A stretch of 64,000 nucleotides of DNA from Acetomicrobium thermoterrenum DSM 13490 (lineage in GTDB: Bacteria; Synergistota; Synergistia; Synergistales; Acetomicrobiaceae), in assembly GCF_900107215.1 (NCBI RefSeq), contig NZ_FNPD01000006.1:49403-113402 (forward strand), written 5' to 3'. Of this stretch, positions 30,694 through 39,928 are shown one piece after another. Made by a program: the position numbers and the translations under genes. The notes under the pieces were generated by a model. The model did no database searches and was not told the DNA's origin. It saw only the letters and a list, made by a program, of their open reading frames with translations. Each line of letters begins with the position of its first letter. Position 1 is the stretch's first letter.

Positions 30694-31482
30694 GTGGATC
30701 TGTTGATATTAGGTGCAATTGTGGGAGATATAGTCGGATCGGTATATGAGTTTGATCCGGTAAAAGACGAAAAGGCGGTAATTTTCTTTAAAGAAGGCTG
30801 CACCTACACAGACGATACCGTTCTCACTGTAGCGGTGGCCGATTGTCTGTTGCATAGAGGGTCTTACGCCGATTATTATTTAAAATATGCCAGCCGATAT
30901 CCAAACGCTGGCTATGGTCGAATGTTTAAGCTTTGGTTGAAATTTAACGGACAGAGATCTATAAAAAGCCTTGGAAACGGTTCGGCGATGAGGGCGAGCC
31001 CCATAGGATGGGCATGTAACGAAGCGGAGGACCTTTTGAGGGAGGCCGAAAAAAGTGCCCTTCCCACGCATTCAGACCCGGAGGGTATAAAGGGCGCCCA
31101 GGCCGTGGCTTTGGCCGTATTTTTAGCTCGAAAAGGTTATTTGAAGGAGCAGATAAAACGAGAAATAGAACGCCGTTTTGGATACGACCTGTCGAGAGAA
31201 CTCGAGGAAATACGTCCTTCCTACAACTTTGATGCCACCTGTCCCGGTTCCGTCCCAGAAGCGCTTATAGGTTTTTTGGAGTCCGATGATTTCGGAGACG
31301 CCTTGAGAAAAGCGATATCTTTGGGCGGCGACGCCGATACGCAGGCTGCCATAGCAGGAGCCGTGGCCCACGCATATTATGGAGGCATTCCCGGCGAAAT
31401 GGTAGAAAAGTCGAGGATGCTCCTGCCAAGCGAGTTTGTAAAGATAATTGATATATTCGTCAATACCTACGATGTCTTTTGA
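30694..31482 (+). CDS. ADP-ribosylglycohydrolase (ARH/DraG) family protein
   Basis: GAIVGDIVGS N-terminal motif and GNGSAMRASP. Start may be TTG at 30703. Confidence 0.75.
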   Translation: MDLLILGAIVGDIVGSVYEFDPVKDEKAVIFFKEGCTYTDDTVLTVAVADCLLHRGSYADYYLKYASRYPNAGYGRMFKLWLKFNGQRSIKSLGNGSAMRASPIGWACNEAEDLLREAEKSALPTHSDPEGIKGAQAVALAVFLARKGYLKEQIKREIERRFGYDLSRELEEIRPSYNFDATCPGSVPEALIGFLESDDFGDALRKAISLGGDADTQAAIAGAVAHAYYGGIPGEMVEKSRMLLPSEFVKIIDIFVNTYDVF

Positions 31483-31598
31483 TTTTGAAGTCATAGAAAA
31501 AATAAGGGTGCTGATTTGTTATCTGAGACCATAAAATAAGGACCGCGGATTTCTGCGGCCCTTATTTGGCATATCGGTGTAAGCCTTTTATAGGAGCC

Positions 31599-32411
31599 TT
31601 AGTCGACCAGCTTTAAAGGAACGGCAGCTTCCGGGGTGTTTACGTTAAACGTAAATGTTTCAGTATAATATAAGGATACTACTGTATCATTGTGCTCTTT
31701 ATAACCGATCGAGATGTCCTGTCCCGATACGAGCTCGAAATCTCCGCCGCGAAGGGAGACAACTATTCCGTCGTTTATCTGGGAAGATAGGATTATCCTG
31801 CTGTCGCCAAGAATGTCGCTGATTTTCTTGTAAAGGGGATAGCCTTCTCCTGCGGAGTATATCCTGGTATAAAGGGCCGGGCTTGCAACAAGGGCGTAGG
31901 GTCCTTCGATGCCGTGTAAGGTAAAATGCGCCCTTACCTGTGCCAAGCTTGCTAGGAGCTCCGATGGGTCTTGAAGGGGCAGTTCCTGGACAAACTCTTT
32001 TGAGGCAGCGAAAATGCCTTCTATGCAGGCATCGTCCAAACCATAGAATACTGCTTTATCTTCGAAGGATGCTATCTTTCTGGCTGCTTCTTCGAGACTA
32101 GAGAGATCGGGAGATTTGGAGCCTCTGGCTATACTGTCTAATTCGCATAGGGATAGCTCGAAGGGCACGTAAGCTTCTACCAAAGGCAAACTCAGGCGCG
32201 TAGCATAACAAACCTCTTTGGAGGCATCGCCCTTTTTAAGCTTTCCCGTCGGGTAGGCTGCATAGTCCCAACCCAGGGGGCCTATGAAATCCACAAACTT
32301 TCTTGCGGAGAGGTTCTGTTTTAATATCTCTTCCGATCTTTGGAGTATCTCTTCCCACGCAGGGTTATTTACGGGTGCAAGCTCTTTTTTTAAAAAATCC
32401 ATCTGATTCAT
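31599..32411 (-). CDS. Family-1 encapsulin nanocompartment shell protein (HK97 fold)
   Basis: Aligns along its full length to Thermotoga maritima encapsulin (FVDFIGPLGWDYAAYP, SLRGGDFELVSGQDISIGY, YYTETFTFNVNTPEA). Probable start is MDFLKK at 32402. Confidence 0.85.
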   Translation of the reverse strand: MNQMDFLKKELAPVNNPAWEEILQRSEEILKQNLSARKFVDFIGPLGWDYAAYPTGKLKKGDASKEVCYATRLSLPLVEAYVPFELSLCELDSIARGSKSPDLSSLEEAARKIASFEDKAVFYGLDDACIEGIFAASKEFVQELPLQDPSELLASLAQVRAHFTLHGIEGPYALVASPALYTRIYSAGEGYPLYKKISDILGDSRIILSSQINDGIVVSLRGGDFELVSGQDISIGYKEHNDTVVSLYYTETFTFNVNTPEAAVPLKLVD

Positions 32412-32418
32412 CCCTCCT

Positions 32419-32778
32419 TTACTTTTTAAGAGATCCGATGTTTAAGCTCGAAGGGGCTTTATCCTTCGAGGGTGTTTCGTTTGACGTCGCCGATTCTTCA
32501 ATTTCCGTAATGGGCTCTTCGGTAAAAAGGTAGGTACGAAGAGCTTCGTCCCAACTCGGCATATTTCGCCTCAGCCATTCGAGAAGCATGGCTGCGTGTT
32601 CCATTTCTTCGTCGCGATTATGCTCTACTACTGCTTTAATCGCTGGATCCTTTGTGGCTGCAGCTCTGTCGTTGTACCACATGACTGCCTCTATCTCTTC
32701 TTTGAGGCTGGCCAGGGCTCTGTGAAAATCTCTATCCTGTGCAGTGAGCTCTTCTACCGGTTCATGATATTCGGCCAT
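32419..32778 (-). CDS. Encapsulated ferritin-like cargo protein (EncFtn) with C-terminal targeting peptide
   Basis: HNRDEEMEHAAMLLEWLRRN matches the EncFtn di-iron site. The C-terminus SLNIGSLKK matches the encapsulin cargo-loading peptide. 7-nt gap to the shell gene. Confidence 0.85.
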   Translation of the reverse strand: MAEYHEPVEELTAQDRDFHRALASLKEEIEAVMWYNDRAAATKDPAIKAVVEHNRDEEMEHAAMLLEWLRRNMPSWDEALRTYLFTEEPITEIEESATSNETPSKDKAPSSLNIGSLKK

Positions 32779-32916
32779 GGAAAATCCCTCCTTAATTTGA
32801 TATGTTTTCGAAATTTATTATACTTCACAATTGGAGCTTGGGCAAAAGAACTTATTCTTTAGTACAATGAGATAGCTATCAAAGAATCAATATAAACGAT
32901 CAGGGAGAGATATATA

Positions 32917-33852
32917 ATGGAGAACAGGGAATTTCAAGTCGACGAAGCGACCGTCGATACTTCTTTAGATTGGTCGAGCCTCATTGCCTTGGCAGTTACT
33001 CTTTTAGTGTGGTCGTCGGCCTTCGCTGCGATAAAGGCAGCTCTAGAGCATTATACTCCTCTTCATCTTGCTGTCCTCCGTTTTATGATCTCTTCGCTGA
33101 TATTGCTTCCCTTCGTATTTTTTAAGTTCGGTTTGCCCCAATTAAAGGATCTCCCATTTATATTTTTTCTGAGCGCTACGGGCATGCTCCTTTACCATAT
33201 ACCGCTTTGCATTGGAGAACAGACGGTTGCGGCGGGTTCGGCAAGTCTCTTGATCGCCACGGCTCCCGTTTTCACTGCCATATTGGCCGTTATCATCTTA
33301 AAGGAAAAGATGAACCCTTTGGGCTGGGCCGGCATTATCATGAGCTTTACGGGAGCAGCCGTGATTTCACTTGGCGAAGGCGATTTTGGCCTGGAGTTGG
33401 GAGCTCTCTGGATTTTATGTGCGGCCTTTATGGAGTCCTTCTATTTCGTTTACCAGAAAAAGCTTTTACCTAAATATGGTGCCTTTCGTCTTACAACTTA
33501 TGTAATAATGGCCGGAACTATCTTGATGATCCCCTTTGGAAAGGACCTTTTGAAGGCGGTTATAACGGCACCTCCATCTGCCACTATCACTGTCGTGTAT
33601 CTCGCCATTTTCCCGACCTGCATCGGCTATGCGGGCTGGGCTTACGCCACTTCCAGAAATCCTGCCTCTCTGGTTGCCAGCAGTCTATTCCTGAATCCTG
33701 TAATGGCTATATTCATAGCTTGGATATGGCTGGACGAAATGCCCACTTTTATATCGATTATGGGTGGCGTAATCGCAATAGTTGGAGTTTGGATGTTGCA
33801 AAGATCTAGAAGGTCTGGCTCGATAGGGGATGTTTCTAAACGAAAAACATAA
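32917..33852 (+). CDS. DMT-superfamily (EamA-like) transporter
   Basis: Ten predicted transmembrane segments in two EamA repeats. Confidence 0.75.
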   Translation: MENREFQVDEATVDTSLDWSSLIALAVTLLVWSSAFAAIKAALEHYTPLHLAVLRFMISSLILLPFVFFKFGLPQLKDLPFIFFLSATGMLLYHIPLCIGEQTVAAGSASLLIATAPVFTAILAVIILKEKMNPLGWAGIIMSFTGAAVISLGEGDFGLELGALWILCAAFMESFYFVYQKKLLPKYGAFRLTTYVIMAGTILMIPFGKDLLKAVITAPPSATITVVYLAIFPTCIGYAGWAYATSRNPASLVASSLFLNPVMAIFIAWIWLDEMPTFISIMGGVIAIVGVWMLQRSRRSGSIGDVSKRKT

Positions 33853-33891
33853 TACCCAATTAGATTGATATTATAAATTTTAGATAATATT

Positions 33892-34251
33892 TTGTTATCT
33901 ATAGATTATAACATCGACATGATAAGTATAAGTACAAGTATAGAAGATATAAAAGAAGCACAAGAAGCATATGAAAATGAATTTTTAATGTATCAACCTA
34001 TAATAGAGGAAAAGGCTATGGACCTTTATAGTAAAAATCCTGCCGAGGCACAATCTTATTTGACGGATTACGTTAATGACAATATAAATAAGGTTGTTGA
34101 TGGTTGGTGGTCGCTAGCGCAAAGGCTTGTTGGAAAATATTGTGATGGTTATATAACCTATCCTGACGGAAAACAGGATGCTGTTGGATATCCCACGTGG
34201 TGGTTAGAGACTGTCGAATTTGGTAAGGAGGAAATGGAACCAAAGGAATAA
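33892..34251 (+). CDS. Hypothetical small acidic protein inside the AT-rich island
   Basis: ORF of 119 aa in a region of about 30% GC. No recognisable motif, and coding status uncertain. Confidence 0.3.
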   Translation: MLSIDYNIDMISISTSIEDIKEAQEAYENEFLMYQPIIEEKAMDLYSKNPAEAQSYLTDYVNDNINKVVDGWWSLAQRLVGKYCDGYITYPDGKQDAVGYPTWWLETVEFGKEEMEPKE

Positions 34252-34418
34252 GTTTCACTTAAAATATAAAAATCCACCTAAGTTGCTCTCTAAAATTATT
34301 TTTGTATTTCATTTTCAATACGGAGCTCAGGAGAAATTAATTGATAATGTCTATCACACAATAGAGAAGAAGTCTTCTCTATCGTGTGATATTATAATCA
34401 AATAAGAGGTGTAAAAAC

Positions 34419-35408
34419 ATAACCAGATACAAAATCCTTGTTACAGGAACAAGAGGAAAGAGCACTTTGGTAAGGTTAATGACGGCTGGGTTTAAGGCAT
34501 TAGGTATCTCCTGTTTTTCTCGTATTACCGGAGTCGTCCCGATGGAAATATTGCCCAGCGGTGTTCGGCAGATAGTCAGATCGAGAGAGGGGCATATCGA
34601 AGAGCTCCGGTGGTGGCTTTACCATGTGCCCGAAGATTCGGAAGCTATCGTCGTGGAAAACAGTGCTGTCTCCGCCGAGCTTCAGCCTCTGGCGGCAAAG
34701 TGGCTCAAGCCCAACCTAGTAATCTGGACCAACTTAAAGGAAGACCATCCAGAAGCTTGGGGTCCGACGAAAGAAGGTGCGATGCGGGCTTTGCTTTCTG
34801 GGATCCCGAAGGGCGTGCCTGTAGCATTGGGCCCTGACATGCATTTGGAAGAAAAATTGCACGGGATTTTAAAACAAAATCGTAACGAGGTTTTTTTGAC
34901 AGGAGATGCTGTAGATTTTGAGGAAGCAAATAAGGCTTTAGCTATAAATGCTCTAAAGACATATGGACTTAATGTAACAGAGGAATCTCTGAGCAGTAAT
35001 TTAACTGATGATCCAGGTAGATTTAGAGTTCTAAAGATGGGTAATGGTCTTCTGGCATGGGGTTTTTCGGCTAACGACGTAGAAAGCACCGTAAGCCTTC
35101 TTTTTTCCCTTAAATGGCAGAAAGAAGAGACTACTGTGCTTTTTAACAATCGTAGAGATAGGCCGGGAAGGCTGAAGGCGTTTGAACCATGGTTTAATAA
35201 TGCTCAGTACAAAGGTATTTACATTTGCGGTTCCCATCCCCTTCGTCATATAAAAGGTGCTAAATGGATTTATTTTAGGGATGTTGACGAGATCGTTTCT
35301 TTCGTGAGTGAAAGAGGTTTGGTTTTCGGTTGCGGTAATATAGCAGGATTGCCCCTTCGAGAACTGCTCTCTTATGAAGAGGTGAATTATATCTGCGACA
35401 GGATTTAA
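34419..35408 (+). CDS. pgsB: Poly-gamma-glutamate synthase PgsB/CapB-like amide ligase
   Basis: P-loop VTGTRGKST, ENSAVSAEL and LKEDHPE, collinear with B. subtilis PgsB. No ATG/GTG/TTG lies upstream of the P-loop. AAGAGGTG Shine-Dalgarno at 34404-11 sits 7 nt before in-frame ATA at 34419. The track's TTG at 34467 would cut the P-loop. Confidence 0.65.
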   Translation: MTRYKILVTGTRGKSTLVRLMTAGFKALGISCFSRITGVVPMEILPSGVRQIVRSREGHIEELRWWLYHVPEDSEAIVVENSAVSAELQPLAAKWLKPNLVIWTNLKEDHPEAWGPTKEGAMRALLSGIPKGVPVALGPDMHLEEKLHGILKQNRNEVFLTGDAVDFEEANKALAINALKTYGLNVTEESLSSNLTDDPGRFRVLKMGNGLLAWGFSANDVESTVSLLFSLKWQKEETTVLFNNRRDRPGRLKAFEPWFNNAQYKGIYICGSHPLRHIKGAKWIYFRDVDEIVSFVSERGLVFGCGNIAGLPLRELLSYEEVNYICDRI

Positions 35409-35806
35409 TCGTTATCGCTGTAAGTATAGCTTTAGGTTTGATATTTTATCGCAGGACAGGTGTAGCTACGGGAGGGATAATTTCGCCGGGCTTGCTGGCT
35501 TTGGGGCCATTTGCACCACGTACGTTTGCCTTCGTCATACTGAGTTCGCTTCTTGTACTCTCTTTACTGGAAGTCCTCGTCAGGGTTTTTGGCCTATACG
35601 GAAGGGAAAGGGTGTCCTTTGCTTTGCTCATCGCAGCATTGCTGGGCTTTTTCTCGAACCCCTTTTTACCATGGGTTGGATGGGTGGTCCCAGGCCTTAT
35701 CGCTGCTGACATGCAGCGTCAAGGCGTCATTCCAACGTCCTTGGCGCTGTTTGTCGTTACCGGATTATCTGTCTTAATGGGGAATTTGGTATATGAGATA
35801 TTTTAA
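35393..35806 (+). CDS. pgsC: Poly-gamma-glutamate synthase membrane component PgsC/CapC
   Basis: VPGLIAADMQRQG matches B. subtilis VPGLIANTIQKQG. The upstream in-frame DLIVIAVSIALGLIF matches the PgsC N-terminus DLYIALILGVLLSLIF, so the start must lie upstream of the TTG at 35438. Candidate start is CTG 35393, 8 nt after a second AAGAGGTG. Confidence 0.65.
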   Translation: MRQDLIVIAVSIALGLIFYRRTGVATGGIISPGLLALGPFAPRTFAFVILSSLLVLSLLEVLVRVFGLYGRERVSFALLIAALLGFFSNPFLPWVGWVVPGLIAADMQRQGVIPTSLALFVVTGLSVLMGNLVYEIF

Positions 35807-36869
35807 CGCCTTCGTGCGTGGCATATTTTCGATGATCCTGGGAAAGGACACAACTTTATCGCGAAGGTGTAACCTGTATCTTTTCATGCTTGCCGCCGTT
35901 ATATCTTTATTGGTGTGGTCCTGGCCTTCAGGAACTCTCACTGTCGAGGAGGAAAGGGTTTGGGATCGGATCAGAGAAGCTCAATTTTATCTTTACAGCT
36001 TAAAAACGCAAAGAGAAGGAGTTGCTCCCTCTCAAAGCTTGGACCCTTGGCAAAGCGGTCTTATCGGGACCGAATGGAGCATCATAACTACCACAGTGGG
36101 CTCTTTGGCGTCCAAACAGATTTCATGTAATCCCCTCTGGGGCGCGATCTTTCTGCGTTGGTTCGATAAGGCGGGACTAAAGCGAGGAGACAGGATTGCA
36201 ATCTTAAGCTCAGGTTCTTTTCCAGGTTTTTTGATATCTTCCCTGGTCGCCGCAGAGGAAAGGGGGTTAGATGTGCTGCTTGTTGTCTCGCTGGGCGCAT
36301 CTTCCTATGGCGCTAATGATCCGAATTTTCCTATCCCGATAATTCTAAGGGAACTGAGAAGGGCAGGATTTATCTCTACGAAGGCGGCTTTTTATACCTT
36401 TGGCGGAGACTACGAAATAGGAGCAGGCATTCCTCCGGATGGACTTGAAATATTGTCGCAATCTGCGATATCGGACGATGTACCGCTTTTACAAGCGAAG
36501 TCATTGCAAGAAGTGATTGATGCAAAGGTAGGACGTTTGGATATATTTAAACCTGCTTTGGTGGTGCAAATTGGCGGATCTCATGCAAATATGGGAACCG
36601 ACGATGCTGTATTGTCGTTACCACCAGGTTTTTTGGATTCAAGATATGCCGAACGCGCCGGCAATGGGGTTATAGGATTGGTCCTCAAAAGAGGAATACC
36701 AGTTATACATATGCTTAACGTCAAAAGTTTATGCCGGATGACCGGCGTTTCCGAAGGGGTAGAAGTTGCAAAGAAAGGACCGAAGCCCTTCAAATTTTCA
36801 AGGGCCTTTTTAGGCCTACTATTTTTTGCCGTCTTTTTGTATAAGTATGAGCGATGGGCCTTTGAGTAA
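35793..36869 (+). CDS. Membrane-anchored protein coupled to pgsBC (possible PGA-system accessory protein; not CapA-like)
   Basis: Overlaps the pgsC stop. One N-terminal transmembrane helix. No metallophosphatase motifs of CapA/PgsA. Confidence 0.4.
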   Translation: MRYFNAFVRGIFSMILGKDTTLSRRCNLYLFMLAAVISLLVWSWPSGTLTVEEERVWDRIREAQFYLYSLKTQREGVAPSQSLDPWQSGLIGTEWSIITTTVGSLASKQISCNPLWGAIFLRWFDKAGLKRGDRIAILSSGSFPGFLISSLVAAEERGLDVLLVVSLGASSYGANDPNFPIPIILRELRRAGFISTKAAFYTFGGDYEIGAGIPPDGLEILSQSAISDDVPLLQAKSLQEVIDAKVGRLDIFKPALVVQIGGSHANMGTDDAVLSLPPGFLDSRYAERAGNGVIGLVLKRGIPVIHMLNVKSLCRMTGVSEGVEVAKKGPKPFKFSRAFLGLLFFAVFLYKYERWAFE

Positions 36870-37069
36870 AGGTGTAAGTATCCTCTTTTTAAATGATATA
36901 CATAGCAGCTTAATATAACAATGAACTCGCCTTAATTCCTTTTTATATCAGGATAAAAATATATTTTTTTGATATTCGTGATACAATTAATCTTAACCTC
37001 TAAGTTCCTCTTTATTAAAAGATGTTGCGGAGGTGATTCGGAAGCGGGAGCTTCAAGGGGGTGTTTTGA

Positions 37070-38200
37070 TTGAATGACGAAAGATTTGATCGACTGGCCG
37101 GTGAGCTTTTGAGGCTCATAGAAATTCCAAGTCCGAGCGGAAATGAAGGACCTATCTTGGGATACCTCGAAAAAAGGCTGCAGTTTCTTGACCTTCCTTC
37201 AAAAAGGCAAATGATAACCGAAAATATGGGAAATTTAGTCTTTAACCCGGGTTCTAAGGTGTTGTTCGATCTTCATGTAGACACCGTTCCTGAAATCATG
37301 GAAGGTATTAAGTGTAACCCGTATCTGGACGGAGATTTGGTTTACGGCAGAGGGGCATCCGACATAAAAGGGTCAATAGCATCGCTCATAATTGCCCTGG
37401 AAGACTATGCACAGATAACCAAAGGGGATGTTGACTTTCCTGCGAGCATAGTTTTTACCGTCGACGAAGAACAGGGCGGCAGAGGAGCCTGCGAAGCAGT
37501 GAACCTAAAGCCGGAAGAGGTCATCGTCTTTGAGCCGACGGAGCTTGATATATGCACAATGGAAGCAGGAGCCATAGGAGTCAGACTGAATTTTTCAGGT
37601 AGGCCCGCCCATGGAAGCGATTTCGAGGCGGGAGAAAACGCCATTACAAAGGCCATCGAATTTTTGTCCAAATTGAAGGAATTACCCTTTCTCGAAGGGG
37701 AGCATCCTCGCATTGGCGAGGCCGGATTCAACGTGCAGGCTCTGTTTGGCGGTTCTGTCGACGAACTGGTCATTCCAAGCCGAAGCGAGATGTACGTCGA
37801 TTTCAGGTTATTGCCAGGGGTAGATCACAGAGAGGCAGAGATTCAGTTAAGGCAGTTCTTTGAGGAGAAGGGGGTCGACTACGAGATCGACGATGTCTCG
37901 CCTTCCTTTCAGTTGGACGATGAAGTTCCAATCGCCAGGAAACTTAAGGAAGTTGCTTCAGCAAAGTTAGGCCTGAGCTTGCAAACGGGAGCTTTTAAAA
38001 GTTGGAGCGATGCAGAGCCTTACGTTACAGCGGGCATCCCCGCGATAGTTTTTGGTCCAGGAAAGCTCTCCATATCCCATACGCCCTTTGAACACATCTC
38101 CTTGGGGGAAATGGATGTTGCAAGCAGGATTTTGACGGCCTTTTTGGCCTCCCTTACAGATATCTCGAGGGATGAGTTGAATATTTCAAGGGTTCGCTGA
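37070..38200 (+). CDS. M20-family metallopeptidase (ArgE/DapE-type deacylase)
   Basis: LFDLHVDTV and GRGASDIKGSIAS metal-binding motifs. Confidence 0.75.
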   Translation: MNDERFDRLAGELLRLIEIPSPSGNEGPILGYLEKRLQFLDLPSKRQMITENMGNLVFNPGSKVLFDLHVDTVPEIMEGIKCNPYLDGDLVYGRGASDIKGSIASLIIALEDYAQITKGDVDFPASIVFTVDEEQGGRGACEAVNLKPEEVIVFEPTELDICTMEAGAIGVRLNFSGRPAHGSDFEAGENAITKAIEFLSKLKELPFLEGEHPRIGEAGFNVQALFGGSVDELVIPSRSEMYVDFRLLPGVDHREAEIQLRQFFEEKGVDYEIDDVSPSFQLDDEVPIARKLKEVASAKLGLSLQTGAFKSWSDAEPYVTAGIPAIVFGPGKLSISHTPFEHISLGEMDVASRILTAFLASLTDISRDELNISRVR

Positions 38201-38215
38201 ACATTCAAAAATAAA

Positions 38216-38244
38216 GGCTGTTTTAGGTTAAACCTAAAACAGCC
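38216..38244. terminator. Bidirectional terminator between convergent M20 and GNAT genes
   Basis: GGCTGTTTTAGGTT/AACCTAAAACAGCC perfect 14-bp inverted repeat. Confidence 0.7.
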
Positions 38245-38268
38245 AATGTTAACTTAAAAAGCATCCCT

Positions 38269-38793
38269 TCAAAGATTTTTTATAAACCTTATCCATTTTC
38301 CTCTTTTTTCTTTTTCTTCGAAACCCTGGCTTTTGTAAAAATTTTGGGCGTGGAAATTCTTTTCGCCCGCCCACAGCTCTATCATCTTGACGCCTCTTTT
38401 AGCCAATAAGTCCACGGCCTTTTCCAATAGCAGTTTCCCGATTCTTTTGCCCTGGTAATCGGGGTCGACCAAGATTTCATGTATTTCTCCCACGATATGG
38501 CTCTCCGGGGAAAGCCATTTGTGGTCTATGGACACGAAACCTACGATTCGCGATCCGTCAAAGGCGACCAAAAAACCGCCATCGGCTCGCCTGTAAAGCC
38601 ATCCGAGATATCTTTTGATCGTCTCGATATCGGTGTCAGCGTACTCCTCTAAGCCTTTGTAAGCACGTCTGTAGAGGTCAACGATCTCCGATTCGTAGTC
38701 GGCGGGGTTCACGCTCTTTATTTCGATAGTACCTGAGGCCTCTCCCTGTTCAAAACCCCATGGCTCACCACCTCCTTCCCTAAAGAAATTCAT
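38269..38793 (-). CDS. GNAT-family N-acetyltransferase
   Basis: Acetyl-CoA binding motif QGKRIGKLLLEKA. Translationally coupled to murB. Confidence 0.75.
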   Translation of the reverse strand: MNFFREGGGEPWGFEQGEASGTIEIKSVNPADYESEIVDLYRRAYKGLEEYADTDIETIKRYLGWLYRRADGGFLVAFDGSRIVGFVSIDHKWLSPESHIVGEIHEILVDPDYQGKRIGKLLLEKAVDLLAKRGVKMIELWAGEKNFHAQNFYKSQGFEEKEKRGKWIRFIKNL

Positions 38794-39736
38794 GTAAAGG
38801 CGCTATCTTTCCCTTGGGGGTAACATACCTTACCTCGCATTCGAGCCAAAAACCAGTCCTTTTGTGGACTGTCTCTCTAATCATGGAAATTAGCTCGAAG
38901 GCGTCTTTGCAGCGCCCGCCTCCCACATTAACTATAAAGTTGGCATGCATTGTGCTAACCATGAGCCCCCCCACGCGAAGTCCCTTCAAACCCGCCTCTT
39001 CTATTATCTTGCCCGGCGGGCCGCATACTTCGTATATTTCCGCATTGTTCGTGAAGACGGAGCCGCAACTTGGAAATTTAAGGGGAAATTTGCATTTTCG
39101 CTCGGCCAGTATGTCTAAAATGCGCCTTTTGATGTTTTTGGGGTCATCGCCTTTGCCCTCGATGCAGGCCTTGAGGATTACATAATTTTTTCTTTGAAAA
39201 AGAGAGCTGCGATAAGAAAATTCGCACTTATCGCGAGATATCTCGATGAGATTTGCACTTTCGTCCAAAGCCAAAACGCTTTTTACATTATCGCCGATTG
39301 AACGCCTCAAGCTGCCTCCATTCATGTAGATAAGCCCGCCCAAGGTACCAGGTATTCCGCTGACGTGCTCAAGTCCCGAGATGCCTTTTGAGGCGGCGAT
39401 CTTTGCCAAGCGAGGAGTCCACACACCGGCATCGGCGACAATACTTGTGCCGCTTGTCCGAACACTTGCGAAGGCTTTGCCGAATTTTGCCACTATGCCA
39501 CGCAGGCCTTCGTCGGGAAAAAGTATATTGCTTCCCCTTCCGATGACGATAAAGGGGATGTCCCACTCCTTGGCGAAGACGATCAACTTCTGCAGGGAGG
39601 GTATGTCGCTCACATTTACCAACACATCGGCAGGTCCGCCGATCTTCCAGCTCGAGTGGAGGGCCAGCGGCTCGTCTTTTTTTAGGTCCTTTATGCCTAT
39701 TTCTCTCAGTCTGTTGGCCAATATTTCAAGTTTCAA
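38780..39736 (-). CDS. murB: UDP-N-acetylenolpyruvoylglucosamine reductase
   Basis: FAD-binding PCMH domain (WKIGGPADVLV, IGRGSNILF) and C-terminal MurB domain. Confidence 0.85.
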   Translation of the reverse strand: MKLEILANRLREIGIKDLKKDEPLALHSSWKIGGPADVLVNVSDIPSLQKLIVFAKEWDIPFIVIGRGSNILFPDEGLRGIVAKFGKAFASVRTSGTSIVADAGVWTPRLAKIAASKGISGLEHVSGIPGTLGGLIYMNGGSLRRSIGDNVKSVLALDESANLIEISRDKCEFSYRSSLFQRKNYVILKACIEGKGDDPKNIKRRILDILAERKCKFPLKFPSCGSVFTNNAEIYEVCGPPGKIIEEAGLKGLRVGGLMVSTMHANFIVNVGGGRCKDAFELISMIRETVHKRTGFWLECEVRYVTPKGKIAPLHEFL

Positions 39737-39928
39737 TTCTATCCCTCATGTCTGCTTTGTATGTGAGATGCTCGACATTTCGTCTCGTAATAGGATATCA
39801 AACTTTCGTCATATTTCTAGGGGGAACTTCTCGAAAAAAAAGCTTCCTTCCAGAGCGCGATTTATCCTCATTAATATAATACAATATACAGATAATTTAC
39901 TTTTAAAGCGTAGTATAATATAAAAAAC

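Noticed and set aside
34220-34405. 61-aa ORF upstream of pgsB as a frameshifted native PgsB N-terminal anchor
   Set aside because: It has a hydrophobic stretch, but similarity to the PgsB N-terminus is weak. The strong SD + ATA arrangement at 34404-34421 explains the data more simply. This is left open as an alternative in the findings.
39737-39928. Rex operator (TTGTGAAnnnnTTCACAA-like) upstream of the stn-like operon
   Set aside because: I searched the promoter region by eye and found no convincing inverted repeat of the Rex type.
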